DNA of 64,000 nucleotides from an uncultured delta proteobacterium (GTDB taxonomy: Bacteria > Desulfobacterota > Desulfuromonadia > Geobacterales > DSM-12255). The stretch lies in the NCBI GenBank assembly GCA_963787125.1, contig CAWBBV010000016.1:1-64000 (forward strand), in the 5' to 3' direction. The notes under the pieces were generated by a model that did no database searches, was not told the origin of the DNA, and saw only the letters and a list, made by a program, of their open reading frames with translations. Positions within the stretch are counted from its first letter, which is position 1, and each line of letters begins with the position of its first letter. The translations under genes and the position numbers were made by a program. This document shows positions 9,765 through 17,695 of this stretch, in pieces.

Positions 9765-10766
9765 CTACGACCGGTTGAACTCTTCTTCAAACCGGCGAAC
9801 GCATGCCAGCACGTCATCAAACCGGGGTGGATCATCAAAAAACATCTCTTCCCGCATCGCCTCGTAATCCTGTCGCCAGTCGCTCAGCTGCTCCGCTGGC
9901 GGCACCAGCCTCAGACTGCCTTTCTGCAGCGTGCTGTAATCTACCCAGCTCTGCCGGAAAAAGATCTGCCGGTGGCGTACACAATGTTCGAACAGTTCGT
10001 AGTCAGCAATGGCCTGGGCGGCTATGCCTTTTTCAATGAGACACCAGAGATCGTAGTAGTGCCGGGACAACCTGGCTTTTCTGGTTTTTCCCGGTGGTCT
10101 GAAGGTCTCTTCATGCAGCAGCATGGCCTTTTCCCAGAATGTTCGCCGCGCAGCCACCGTCTTGAGAGAAAAACCACCGTCTTTCAGCAGCTCGGGAAAT
10201 GCCTCTGCCAGATAGGGCTGAATAACCGGCGCCTCCGCCGGTTCAGTTTCCGAACGGGCCCCCAGTTCGATCTTGACGACCGACAACAGATAGGCAATGC
10301 TGCCGGGAAATACCGTCGGATACTGAAACAGCAGCGTCTGCAAATCGGGATCGTCAGCTTCATCGGCAGGTTTCAGCTGCCACTCCAGACCTGCCGGAAG
10401 TGCCGCCGTCATGCGTTGCCCCAATAACGGCAACAGTTCAGAAAGAATGCGTCTGCTGCACTCTTTACGCAGCTTCCCCTGACGATTGCTGCTGAGAGAT
10501 TCACCGCCAAAGCCGAGGAACTCCCGGTCTATGACCACGTCGATATCCTCGGAAAACCGGGAAATCAACTGCCAGCCTTTGGACAGAGAAGTGCCCCCCT
10601 TGAAAGTCAACTGCTCGCCCCACACCGGCAAGTTGAACAACTCCTTAAGCGTCCAGCAGACCCAGAAATCCTTCTCGATGCTTGGCGGGGCCAAGCCGAG
10701 CCGCTGTTGCCCTTCTTCGCACAGCAGACGCCGCCGCTCGGCTGTAAATGCAAGGAAAGCATCCAT
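9765..10766 (-). CDS. abiEii: AbiEii/AbiGii nucleotidyltransferase toxin (type IV TA)
   Basis: IEKDFWV, FKGGTSLSK, RFSEDID, RTFWEK and RHYYD. Likely start MDAF at 10766. Confidence 0.9.
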   Translation of the reverse strand: MDAFLAFTAERRRLLCEEGQQRLGLAPPSIEKDFWVCWTLKELFNLPVWGEQLTFKGGTSLSKGWQLISRFSEDIDVVIDREFLGFGGESLSSNRQGKLRKECSRRILSELLPLLGQRMTAALPAGLEWQLKPADEADDPDLQTLLFQYPTVFPGSIAYLLSVVKIELGARSETEPAEAPVIQPYLAEAFPELLKDGGFSLKTVAARRTFWEKAMLLHEETFRPPGKTRKARLSRHYYDLWCLIEKGIAAQAIADYELFEHCVRHRQIFFRQSWVDYSTLQKGSLRLVPPAEQLSDWRQDYEAMREEMFFDDPPRFDDVLACVRRFEEEFNRS

Positions 10767-10770
10767 ATCG

Positions 10771-11379
10771 TCAGTTTTCCTCCGGCTGCGCAACACGGCG
10801 CATGATGGCGGCGATCCAGGCAGGAGCGTAACGGATATCATGAAGCAGCTGTTTCCTGTCATCGGTTGAAAGTCGCTTGCGCAGGAGCTTCACGGTCGTA
10901 TCGTCCACATGCTTCTGGCCAAGATATCGCAAGGCCTGGATAATCAGGCCGCTAACTCTGCCGGCGGCGGCCATGGCACGGGGGGTCGTATGCTTGAGGA
11001 TGATTACCTGCTTACCCATCTGAACCCTGCGAGCCGGACCATCCGTAAGGAAGACAATCTTCATCGGCACCTGCTCGGAGAGCCCCAGCAGATTGGCGGC
11101 ATAGGCACCGGAAGGTTGCAGCAGGATTTTATCCCGCCCTTTGAGCGCTTTGACTATGGCATCGGTCGTAGGTGAAAGGAGCCCTAAATCAGGGTCAGTA
11201 CGGGGGAAATCGTAGAGACCGCGGGCCAGGCGGCGAATGGTCCCTTTTTTCACCAGACGATGCAGCGCCACGTCTACCGCTTCGCGACTGCCCAAATCCA
11301 GGAAATCACCTGGGGTAATGACGCAACCCCTTCCGCGACCATAAACCCTGTTAAGTATCTTATTATCAGTACCTTGCAT
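10771..11379 (-). CDS. abiEi: AbiEi-like antitoxin (DUF6088-type winged HTH)
   Basis: DFLDLGSREAVDVALHRL..G.IRRLARGLY and AANLLGLSEQVP. Directly upstream of abiEii. Confidence 0.85.
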   Translation of the reverse strand: MQGTDNKILNRVYGRGRGCVITPGDFLDLGSREAVDVALHRLVKKGTIRRLARGLYDFPRTDPDLGLLSPTTDAIVKALKGRDKILLQPSGAYAANLLGLSEQVPMKIVFLTDGPARRVQMGKQVIILKHTTPRAMAAAGRVSGLIIQALRYLGQKHVDDTTVKLLRKRLSTDDRKQLLHDIRYAPAWIAAIMRRVAQPEEN

Positions 11380-11398
11380 GTTTTTACTCTAGCATATT

Positions 11399-11430
11399 TT
11401 GTAAGAAAAAATAGTCTGTTTTCCTTACAA
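11399..11430. promoter_or_regulatory. Inverted repeat, probable AbiEi autoregulatory operator
   Basis: TTGTAAGAAAAAATAG-T-CTGTTTTCCTTACAA imperfect palindrome ~20 nt upstream of abiEi. AbiE operons are known to be autoregulated through promoter inverted repeats. Confidence 0.55.
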
Positions 11431-11493
11431 GCTGATGGGTCTGAAGATCAGAATTTAGAACAGTTCTAGTTTCTGAAATTATAGGGGGAACGC

Positions 11494-11680
11494 CCAGGTT
11501 GTCGCTATACGGTTTCCTCAGGCAGGAATCATTGGCAAAGAGCCACTTGACGGCGATCTCCAGCAAGCGGCGGGTGTAGAAGCAGCTGGTCCGCGGGGCG
11601 CTGTTGACGTTCTGCTCCGCTTCGAGAGCGGTGGCGTAGAGGTCGGGCCAGTTGGTTTTCAGGTAGGTGAAGTTGGACAT
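11494..11680 (-). pseudogene. hsdR: 5' fragment (~62 codons) of another hsdR copy
   Basis: MSNFTYLKTNWPDL...RKPYSDNL closely matches HsdR residues 1-62, then diverges abruptly. Confidence 0.85.
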
Positions 11681-11742
11681 TTAAACGCAAGCCTCAATCA
11701 ACGGAAATCGTCCTTGAGCATATCTGCCGAAACACTTTCTTG

Positions 11743-12336
11743 TTAAAGCAGAATGTACTCCTTTAATATGTCGAATCGTCGTTGTCTATTGGCTTTTTTC
11801 TGAACACCTTCTTGGCTAAGGACCTTATAATAAATACGATAGTTGATGTCGTGAGGAATAGAAAATAGCACTTGAAGATCTTTCTTACATGGTTCAACTA
11901 ACCGCGTCCATTCATCAAAAAATGGTGAACGTATATCAGGATTTTTTAAATTTACAAACCTTCTGAATATTTCTTTAGCTATAGGTGCGTAAGTTGGGAG
12001 ATATCCTTTTTGCTTTAAATCAAAATAAGCGTCCCAGGACTGTTTAAACAAGTTCTGAGATACAATTACTATGTCGATATCGGAGTCTTCGTTAAATTTT
12101 CTAAAATTGTTATCTGGCGCCAAACTAAATCCAAGCTTAGCACTGCCCACTATTGCAATATTATTTACGTGAAGGTTCAATTTTTCAGATATGTATATTT
12201 TAAAGTCGTCATATCTTTGTGCGAAGTCCGTAGGAGCAATATGTTCACGAAAAAGCCAAATATCGTGCCCTAATAGGTATCGCCGATACACTTTTTTAAC
12301 ATCCTCAGTTAACAGGTTTTTTTTGAAATCTTCCAT
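11743..12336 (-). CDS. Pol-beta-superfamily nucleotidyltransferase-like protein, AT-rich, possibly altered C-terminus
   Basis: IVGSAKLGFSLAP...DSDIDIVIVS matches the GS...DxD signature. Sits between hsdS and the hsdR fragment. Confidence 0.65.
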   Translation of the reverse strand: MEDFKKNLLTEDVKKVYRRYLLGHDIWLFREHIAPTDFAQRYDDFKIYISEKLNLHVNNIAIVGSAKLGFSLAPDNNFRKFNEDSDIDIVIVSQNLFKQSWDAYFDLKQKGYLPTYAPIAKEIFRRFVNLKNPDIRSPFFDEWTRLVEPCKKDLQVLFSIPHDINYRIYYKVLSQEGVQKKANRQRRFDILKEYILL

Positions 12337-12412
12337 TTTTTCTCTTTCGCCCAAGAAAGTTAAATTTCAGAATATACAATACAGAAAAATAGACCCGCAT
12401 TGACTCTAATAA

Positions 12413-13600
12413 TTAAAGATCACCGTTAAAGGCGCGTTGTAGAACAGAATTAAATAGTGCATCGGCGGCACCCACTGAAAGAATCTGCCGTTGCCGCACG
12501 GCAAAAACAGATTTAACAATAGAGCTGAATATACACTGCAAAGCCAGCGGTGGTTTTAACGCCCTCAGTTTTTTTATATCACCGACATTCACATGAGGTG
12601 ATGTAGCACCGCCAACAAGGCAGGTCGCCTGATGATAAACAGCCTTCGAGTTCATCAATCCCCAAAGAAATGCAGGTGTGGCAATTGCTGGGTTAGCCTG
12701 CAACAGCATCATCCTTTGCCCTAAACAAGGACTAGTGCCTTCCTCGACCATTGCTGCAATGCCGAATCGCTCGCCTTCTCTGCTATAGAGTACATCCCCG
12801 GCAATCGGCTGATGTCTTGCTATACGCTCTCTATATTCAATCTCGTCAACATACCTTGTAGTCGAATAATCTAAAAAACCACTTTGTAAGTCAGAGGTAC
12901 GAATGCAGGGATATATTCTGTTGTCCCCTTCATATTTTGGTGTTGTGTGAGGACAATCAACGATAATCTTGCAAAGATCCTGCACACTCGAAACTTCCCA
13001 CCCCTTCGGATTCGTCACCGGATCACCAAACATATCCAGAAACACCGAGCGCAGCAGGTCCTCAGTCAACCGGACCGCCTCCTGCCGCTTGCGCCTGATA
13101 GAATCGGCCTTGTCTAGGATGGCGGCGATGCGCATTTGTTCGGGGAGTGGGGGGAGAGAAACCACTATTGGTTTCAGATTGCCAATCGAAACACTGGCTT
13201 GATTTACAGATTTATTGACGTAGCTAAAAAGCTGCGACCGAAAGGGTTTACTGCGAATGAGGTATTTACCGAACTGTGGCGTGAGTTTTGATTTATCAGG
13301 TCGGAGGCAAAGGAGATTCATTCCGTGCACTAACTTCTCTGGCAAACCCTCATAAATCGCACATTTGCCAATATGCTCCAAGCTGTTGATGTGGCTGAAA
13401 AGAATGTCGCCAGGTTCGAGCAACCAGCCGGAACAATTCTTTTCCTCCAGATCTGCGTAGCCAACTCTTGTAGCATCTACGACTGCCTCAGAAATAGTTT
13501 CAATGCGAGTTATCGGTAAGCCATCGCCAGACTTGTCCTGACGAACGCTCATGCCGTTCCGGATGAACTCAAAGAGGCTTCCAAACTCAACTGCGTTCAT
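12413..13600 (-). CDS. hsdS: Type I RM specificity subunit
   Basis: Two TRDs separated by PPLPEQMRIAAILDKAD...MFGDPVTNPKGW; ends LQRAFNGDL. ATGA overlap with hsdM. Confidence 0.92.
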   Translation of the reverse strand: MNAVEFGSLFEFIRNGMSVRQDKSGDGLPITRIETISEAVVDATRVGYADLEEKNCSGWLLEPGDILFSHINSLEHIGKCAIYEGLPEKLVHGMNLLCLRPDKSKLTPQFGKYLIRSKPFRSQLFSYVNKSVNQASVSIGNLKPIVVSLPPLPEQMRIAAILDKADSIRRKRQEAVRLTEDLLRSVFLDMFGDPVTNPKGWEVSSVQDLCKIIVDCPHTTPKYEGDNRIYPCIRTSDLQSGFLDYSTTRYVDEIEYRERIARHQPIAGDVLYSREGERFGIAAMVEEGTSPCLGQRMMLLQANPAIATPAFLWGLMNSKAVYHQATCLVGGATSPHVNVGDIKKLRALKPPLALQCIFSSIVKSVFAVRQRQILSVGAADALFNSVLQRAFNGDL

Positions 13601-15058
13601 CCCACCATCCCCTTCAACTCCGCCAACTCCCCGGCAATCTCCTTCTCCAGCGCCTCCAGCCTGGCAATGATCACCTGCGGCGGCTCGTAAGATACTTCCT
13701 CATGCTCCACCTTTTTGTAACGGTTGATGGAGAGGTCGTACTTGTTGTCGCGGATCTCCTGCACCGGGACGCAGAAGGCCCTGGCCGTCCGGTCGTTATC
13801 CTTGGCCGGGTCGCGGCCCTGCCAGCAGGACAGCACATCAGGAATATCGTTCCCCTCCACCGGGTTGCGCTTGTCATCCAGGGAGAAACCATCGGCCTGC
13901 ATGTCGTAGAACCAGACGTGATCCGTGCCGCCGGAGTTGGTCTTGGTGAAGATCAGTATCCCGGTGGAGACGCCGGCATAGGGGCGAAAGACACCGGAGG
14001 GCATGGAGATCATCGCCTCCAGCTTGTGGCCGTCCACCAGAATTGTGCGCAGGTCGAGGTGCGCCTTGCTGGAGCCGAACAGCACCCCGTCCGGCACGAT
14101 AACGGCGCAGCGGCCGCCTGGCTTGAGAAGCCGCAGCATCAGGGCGATAAAGAGCAGCTCGGTCTTCTTGGTCTTGACCGTGCGCAGCAGGTCCTTGGCC
14201 ACGGTCTCCTCATCCAGCGACCCCTTGAACGGCGGGTTGGCCAGAATCAGGGTGTAGGCATCGGCGATGTCAGCAGCGCCACCGGCGAGGGCATCCCGCC
14301 GCTCGATGGCCGGGTTCTCGACACCGTGGAGCATCATGTTCATGCTGGCGATCCGGAGCATGGTGGAGTCGAAGTCGAAACCGTTGAAGAGTTTGCTGTT
14401 GAAGTGGCGCTTCTGGGCTTCGTTGTGGAACAGGTCGGCGTGATTCTCCCGCAGGTATTCACCGGCCGCCACCAGGAAGCCGGCGGTGCCGCAGGCCGGG
14501 TCGCAGATGATGTCATCGGGCCGCGGCTGCATCAGCTCCACCATCATCCGGATGATATGGCGCGGGGTGCGGAACTGGCCGTTGGTGCCGGCGGTGGTAA
14601 GTTTGGAGAGCATGTACTCGTACAGGTCGCCCTTGGTATCCCGGTCTTCCATGGGAACGTCACTGATCTGCTCCACCACCCGCTCCAGCAGGCTCGGCGT
14701 CGGGATCATGAAGATGGCGTCCTTCATGTGGCGGCTATAGGCGGTATCTTCGCCACCGTGCAGGTTCTTGATGAAGGGGAAGACCTCCTGGCTGACAGTC
14801 CTGAACATCTCCTCGGCCTCGAACTCCCGGAAGCGCGACCAGCGCAGAGTTCTCCTGCCCCGGCCCGAAGATCGGCTCCTTGATCGGCGTCCCCAGCCGG
14901 TTGGCCTGCTTCTCCCGCGCCGTATGCAGATCATCCAGCCGTTTGATGAAGAGCAGAAAGGAGATCTGCTCGATCACCCGCAAGGGGTCGGAAATTCCCC
15001 CGGACCAGAATGTGTTCCATACTTTGTCGATCTTGCCTTTGTTTTCACCTGTCAACAT
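13597..15058 (-). pseudogene. hsdM: Type I RM N6-adenine methyltransferase with a +1 frameshift near 14849
   Basis: N-terminal piece (MLTGENKGKIDKVW...PIFGPGQEN) and C-terminal piece (LRWSRF...GQFRTP, DPACGT, NPPF) are in different frames. Deleting one base at GAGAAC-T-CTGCGC joins them. Confidence 0.9.
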
Positions 15059-15095
15059 TTATGCGCTGCTCCTTCGATTTTTCCCTGTAAAAATG

Positions 15096-15230
15096 AAAAA
15101 GCCGCTCCACCGGTCATTGCCAGTACAGCGGCTTGCAAATAGCATCTATTTAATTTTCATCGCCATCACCCACTCCATAAAATCGCATAATTACGACTCA
15201 TTAATACATGTCATATCTATTCGCTGTCAA
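15096..15230 (-). promoter_or_regulatory. Putative sigma70 promoter and leader ending in a terminator-like hairpin upstream of hsdM
   Basis: TTGACA-N18-TATTAA (15230-15201), then AAGCCGCT...GGAGCGGCTTTTT (15134-15096) before the hsdM RBS. Confidence 0.5.
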
Positions 15231-15318
15231 TGCTAATTAAAGGCTAATTTGAAGTTTGTAAACAGCAATAGAATATTTTGCGTGGTGACGGTTATTTTTG
15301 TCCTTTTACAGCCATTTC

Positions 15319-15405
15319 AGTATCGAACTTTATTTCAGAGTATCCAACTATTTCTGCCAGTATTTGACTTTATTTTAGAGTATCCAACTTTATTTTAGAG
15401 CTACA
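15319..15405. mobile_element. Right end of an older Tn7-like element (no adjoining tns genes)
   Basis: Four repeats at 20-bp period (AGTATCGAACTTTATT, AGTATCCAACTATTT, AGTATTTGACTTTATT, AGTATCCAACTTTATT) ending ...GCTACA. On the - strand this is TGT-N8-AATAAAGTT, the geometry of a TnsB-site array. Confidence 0.8.
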
Positions 15406-15409
15406 AGGA

Positions 15410-15555
15410 TGAATAGAGGTAATAAAGTTTACTCCAGCAGACCATCTAAACTCCTGAATTTACATGGCTTGAATCTGACATGAAAGAATAAAGTTTACTC
15501 TTTGACAAAATAGATGTGCCATGACGCCATGGATCTACTGCAATAAAGTTTACTC
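15410..15555 (+). repeat. Tn7-like left end with three spaced TnsB-binding sites
   Basis: AATAAAGTTTACTC at 15421, 15487 and 15542. Terminus TGAATAGAGGT. Confidence 0.88.
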
Positions 15556-15649
15556 CTGTGTTGTAAACCGGGATTCAATAATGATGCCCGCGCAAAAAGT
15601 ACGCTCTGACTTTTAAAAATGGATCCCCAAATTATTAGCCAATTTTAGG

Positions 15650-16971
15650 GGCTCTTCGTCACCGTGAATGGGTAATGGTATAATGGTACTTCAACCCATT
15701 ACCCGGAGGTCTTACTGAATAATGCAACCTGAAGCTCTTTTTGGTATGGCACTTGGCATTGTCGCTCCCTGGGAAGTTACTGAGGTTAACTTTTCCAAGG
15801 AGTCTAACCGCCTTGATATAACCATCGACTTTCAGCGAGGATCTGTTTTTTCATGCCCGGTTTGTGGTGCCCCTGCTCCTGCGTATGACACAACTGAGAA
15901 GACATGGCGACATCTGAATTTCTTCCAGTATGAAGCCTATCTTCATGCCTTTGTGCCACGAGTTAACTGTCCCAACGAAGGCTGCGGCGTGAAGCAGATT
16001 CAGGTTCCGTGGGCTCGTGTCGGTTCAGGCTTTACTCTGCTGTTCGAAGCATTGGTAATGACCATGGCTCGTGATATGCCAGTGAATGTCATGGCCAGAT
16101 TGTTCTCAGTTACCGATACCCGCTTGTGGCGAGTAATCAACACCTATGTTGAGGCTGCCAGAGCTAAAGAGGATTTCTCTGACGTAAAGCGTATCGGCAT
16201 CGATGAAACTTCTACTAAAAAGGGGCACAATTACGCCACGTTCTTTTTCGATCTTGACAAGAAAACGCTCTTGTTCGGGACTGAAGGCAAAGACAATGAA
16301 ACCGTCAAGGATTTTGTCGTTGACCTCAAGAAGCATGGCGGCGATCCAGAGCAGATAACCGATGCGGCAATTGACATGTCAAAAGCCTTCATCAAAGGAG
16401 TCAAAGAGCAGCTACCCAATGCTGTTGTAACCTTCGACAAGTTTCATCTCATCAGGTTGATGAATGAAGCCTTGGGCAAAATCAGAGCTGAAGAGGCCAG
16501 ACTATTTCCGGATGCTCTAAAAATGAGCCGTTATCTGTTCCTCAAAAACCCTGAAGACCTTACGCCTGAAGAAGAGGCACGCATGGATACCATGGTTGCC
16601 AATCAGTGCTATAAAAGTGTCGAGGCGTACGCGCATAAGCTGAATCTGCAAAACGTCTACTTTGCTCAGAGCCGCCAAGAGGCAGAAGCACTACTGAATC
16701 AGTGGCACAAGAAAACCAGTAAAAGTACCATAGTCCTTATCCAGAAAATGGCTAAAACGGTAAAGGATCACTGGGATGGCATTTTGAGCCACTTTGACAG
16801 CGAATTAACCAGCGGCTTTCTCGAAGGAATCAATAGTCTGATCCAGGCTGCCAAAGCAAGAGCTCGTGGTTATCGTAATCCTCGCAACATGATTTCAATG
16901 GCCTACCTCATTGCAGGGAAGTTCAAGTTCAACAAGCTTTATGCGCTACCCACTTGAAACGACGAAGAGCC
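15650..16971 (+). mobile_element. ISL3-family insertion sequence
   Basis: IRs GGCTCTTCGTC / GACGAAGAGCC. 8-bp TSD ATTTTAGG (15642-15649 and 16972-16979). Confidence 0.95.
15722..16957 (+). CDS. ISL3-family transposase
   Basis: CPVCG zinc finger, IGIDET, IDMS, DKFH and EGINSLIQAAKARARGY. Confidence 0.95.
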   Translation: MQPEALFGMALGIVAPWEVTEVNFSKESNRLDITIDFQRGSVFSCPVCGAPAPAYDTTEKTWRHLNFFQYEAYLHAFVPRVNCPNEGCGVKQIQVPWARVGSGFTLLFEALVMTMARDMPVNVMARLFSVTDTRLWRVINTYVEAARAKEDFSDVKRIGIDETSTKKGHNYATFFFDLDKKTLLFGTEGKDNETVKDFVVDLKKHGGDPEQITDAAIDMSKAFIKGVKEQLPNAVVTFDKFHLIRLMNEALGKIRAEEARLFPDALKMSRYLFLKNPEDLTPEEEARMDTMVANQCYKSVEAYAHKLNLQNVYFAQSRQEAEALLNQWHKKTSKSTIVLIQKMAKTVKDHWDGILSHFDSELTSGFLEGINSLIQAAKARARGYRNPRNMISMAYLIAGKFKFNKLYALPT

Positions 16972-17029
16972 ATTTTAGGGCCAATACGTCCCACATATAT
17001 TAGCACATCAGGGAAAAAAATCTACCGTA

Positions 17030-17310
17030 GCAACGCGTGCATCAAAATAAACCGCCGCCCCGTCAGACACATCTATGGTATTCCCGATGATCAACCATAG
17101 ATCTTTTGCCCATTGCCTATCCTGACCGCTGCCGTCGGTGCGTGAAGTAGCAGCAGATTCCCGCTGTTGAAATGATTTACCGATCTACGCGCAGCAGTTC
17201 CGTAAATGGTCAGATTTTGAGGTAAGCCGGATTTGTTGACGATGGTGTTGTTGATCTCCAGCTTGGCGCCTTTCAGATAGATAACGTTCGGGCCGCTGGT
17301 AACGGTTATT
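17030..17310 (-). pseudogene. Degenerate paralog of the giant protein's C-terminal domain
   Basis: Frameshifted pieces ITVTSGPNVIYLKGAKLEINNTIVNKSGLPQNLTIYGTAA / LHAPTAAVRIGNGQKIYG / IIGNTIDVSDGAAVYFD. These align with LEVASGSVVIYAGGAKLDIGGGAMVNLTQNPASLIIYGSAA / IHAPAATIKITGSQQTFG / IIGNIVDLSGATSVHFP. Confidence 0.8.
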
Positions 17311-17456
17311 TAGCCCCCGTGTCGACGGCACTATTACCGTCAGACTGACTAATGTTCAGCTTCAGGCCATTGCCGCTGCACTTCAGTAAAGTCGGTCAGT
17401 CAAGTGGCCTGGCAGGCAAGTTTTGCTTTATCTATGACCTGCAAGTTGTCAGTTTC

Positions 17457-17489
17457 AAACCTCCGAGGTTTTAGAAACCTCGGAGGTTT
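17457..17489. repeat. REP-like palindromic doublet
   Basis: AAACCTCCGAGGTTT-TAG-AAACCTCGGAGGTTT: a perfect 15-bp inverted repeat whose arms are each near-palindromic. Confidence 0.65.
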
Positions 17490-17695
17490 TGACAGGAATA
17501 AATGCCATTTTTGATTGCAAAAGCGAATAACAATATATGGTGCATATTAATATAAGCATTCTGTATTCTCCCTGCGAATCAACCTTTTAGCAGACCTGCA
17601 TACCGGTCAAACCATACAAATACCAGATTTAACTCAATAGCCTGTAGAACCACTCTGCGCGGGGCAAGACAGGTTTTTGCTGCTGCGGATAAGAA

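Noticed and set aside
15319..15555. Short periodic repeats as a CRISPR array, or the element as a CAST
   Set aside because: The repeats are 14-16 nt with a 20-bp period or irregular spacing, have TnsB-site geometry at TG/CA termini, and no cas genes are present. Targeting is explained by TnsD and TnsE.
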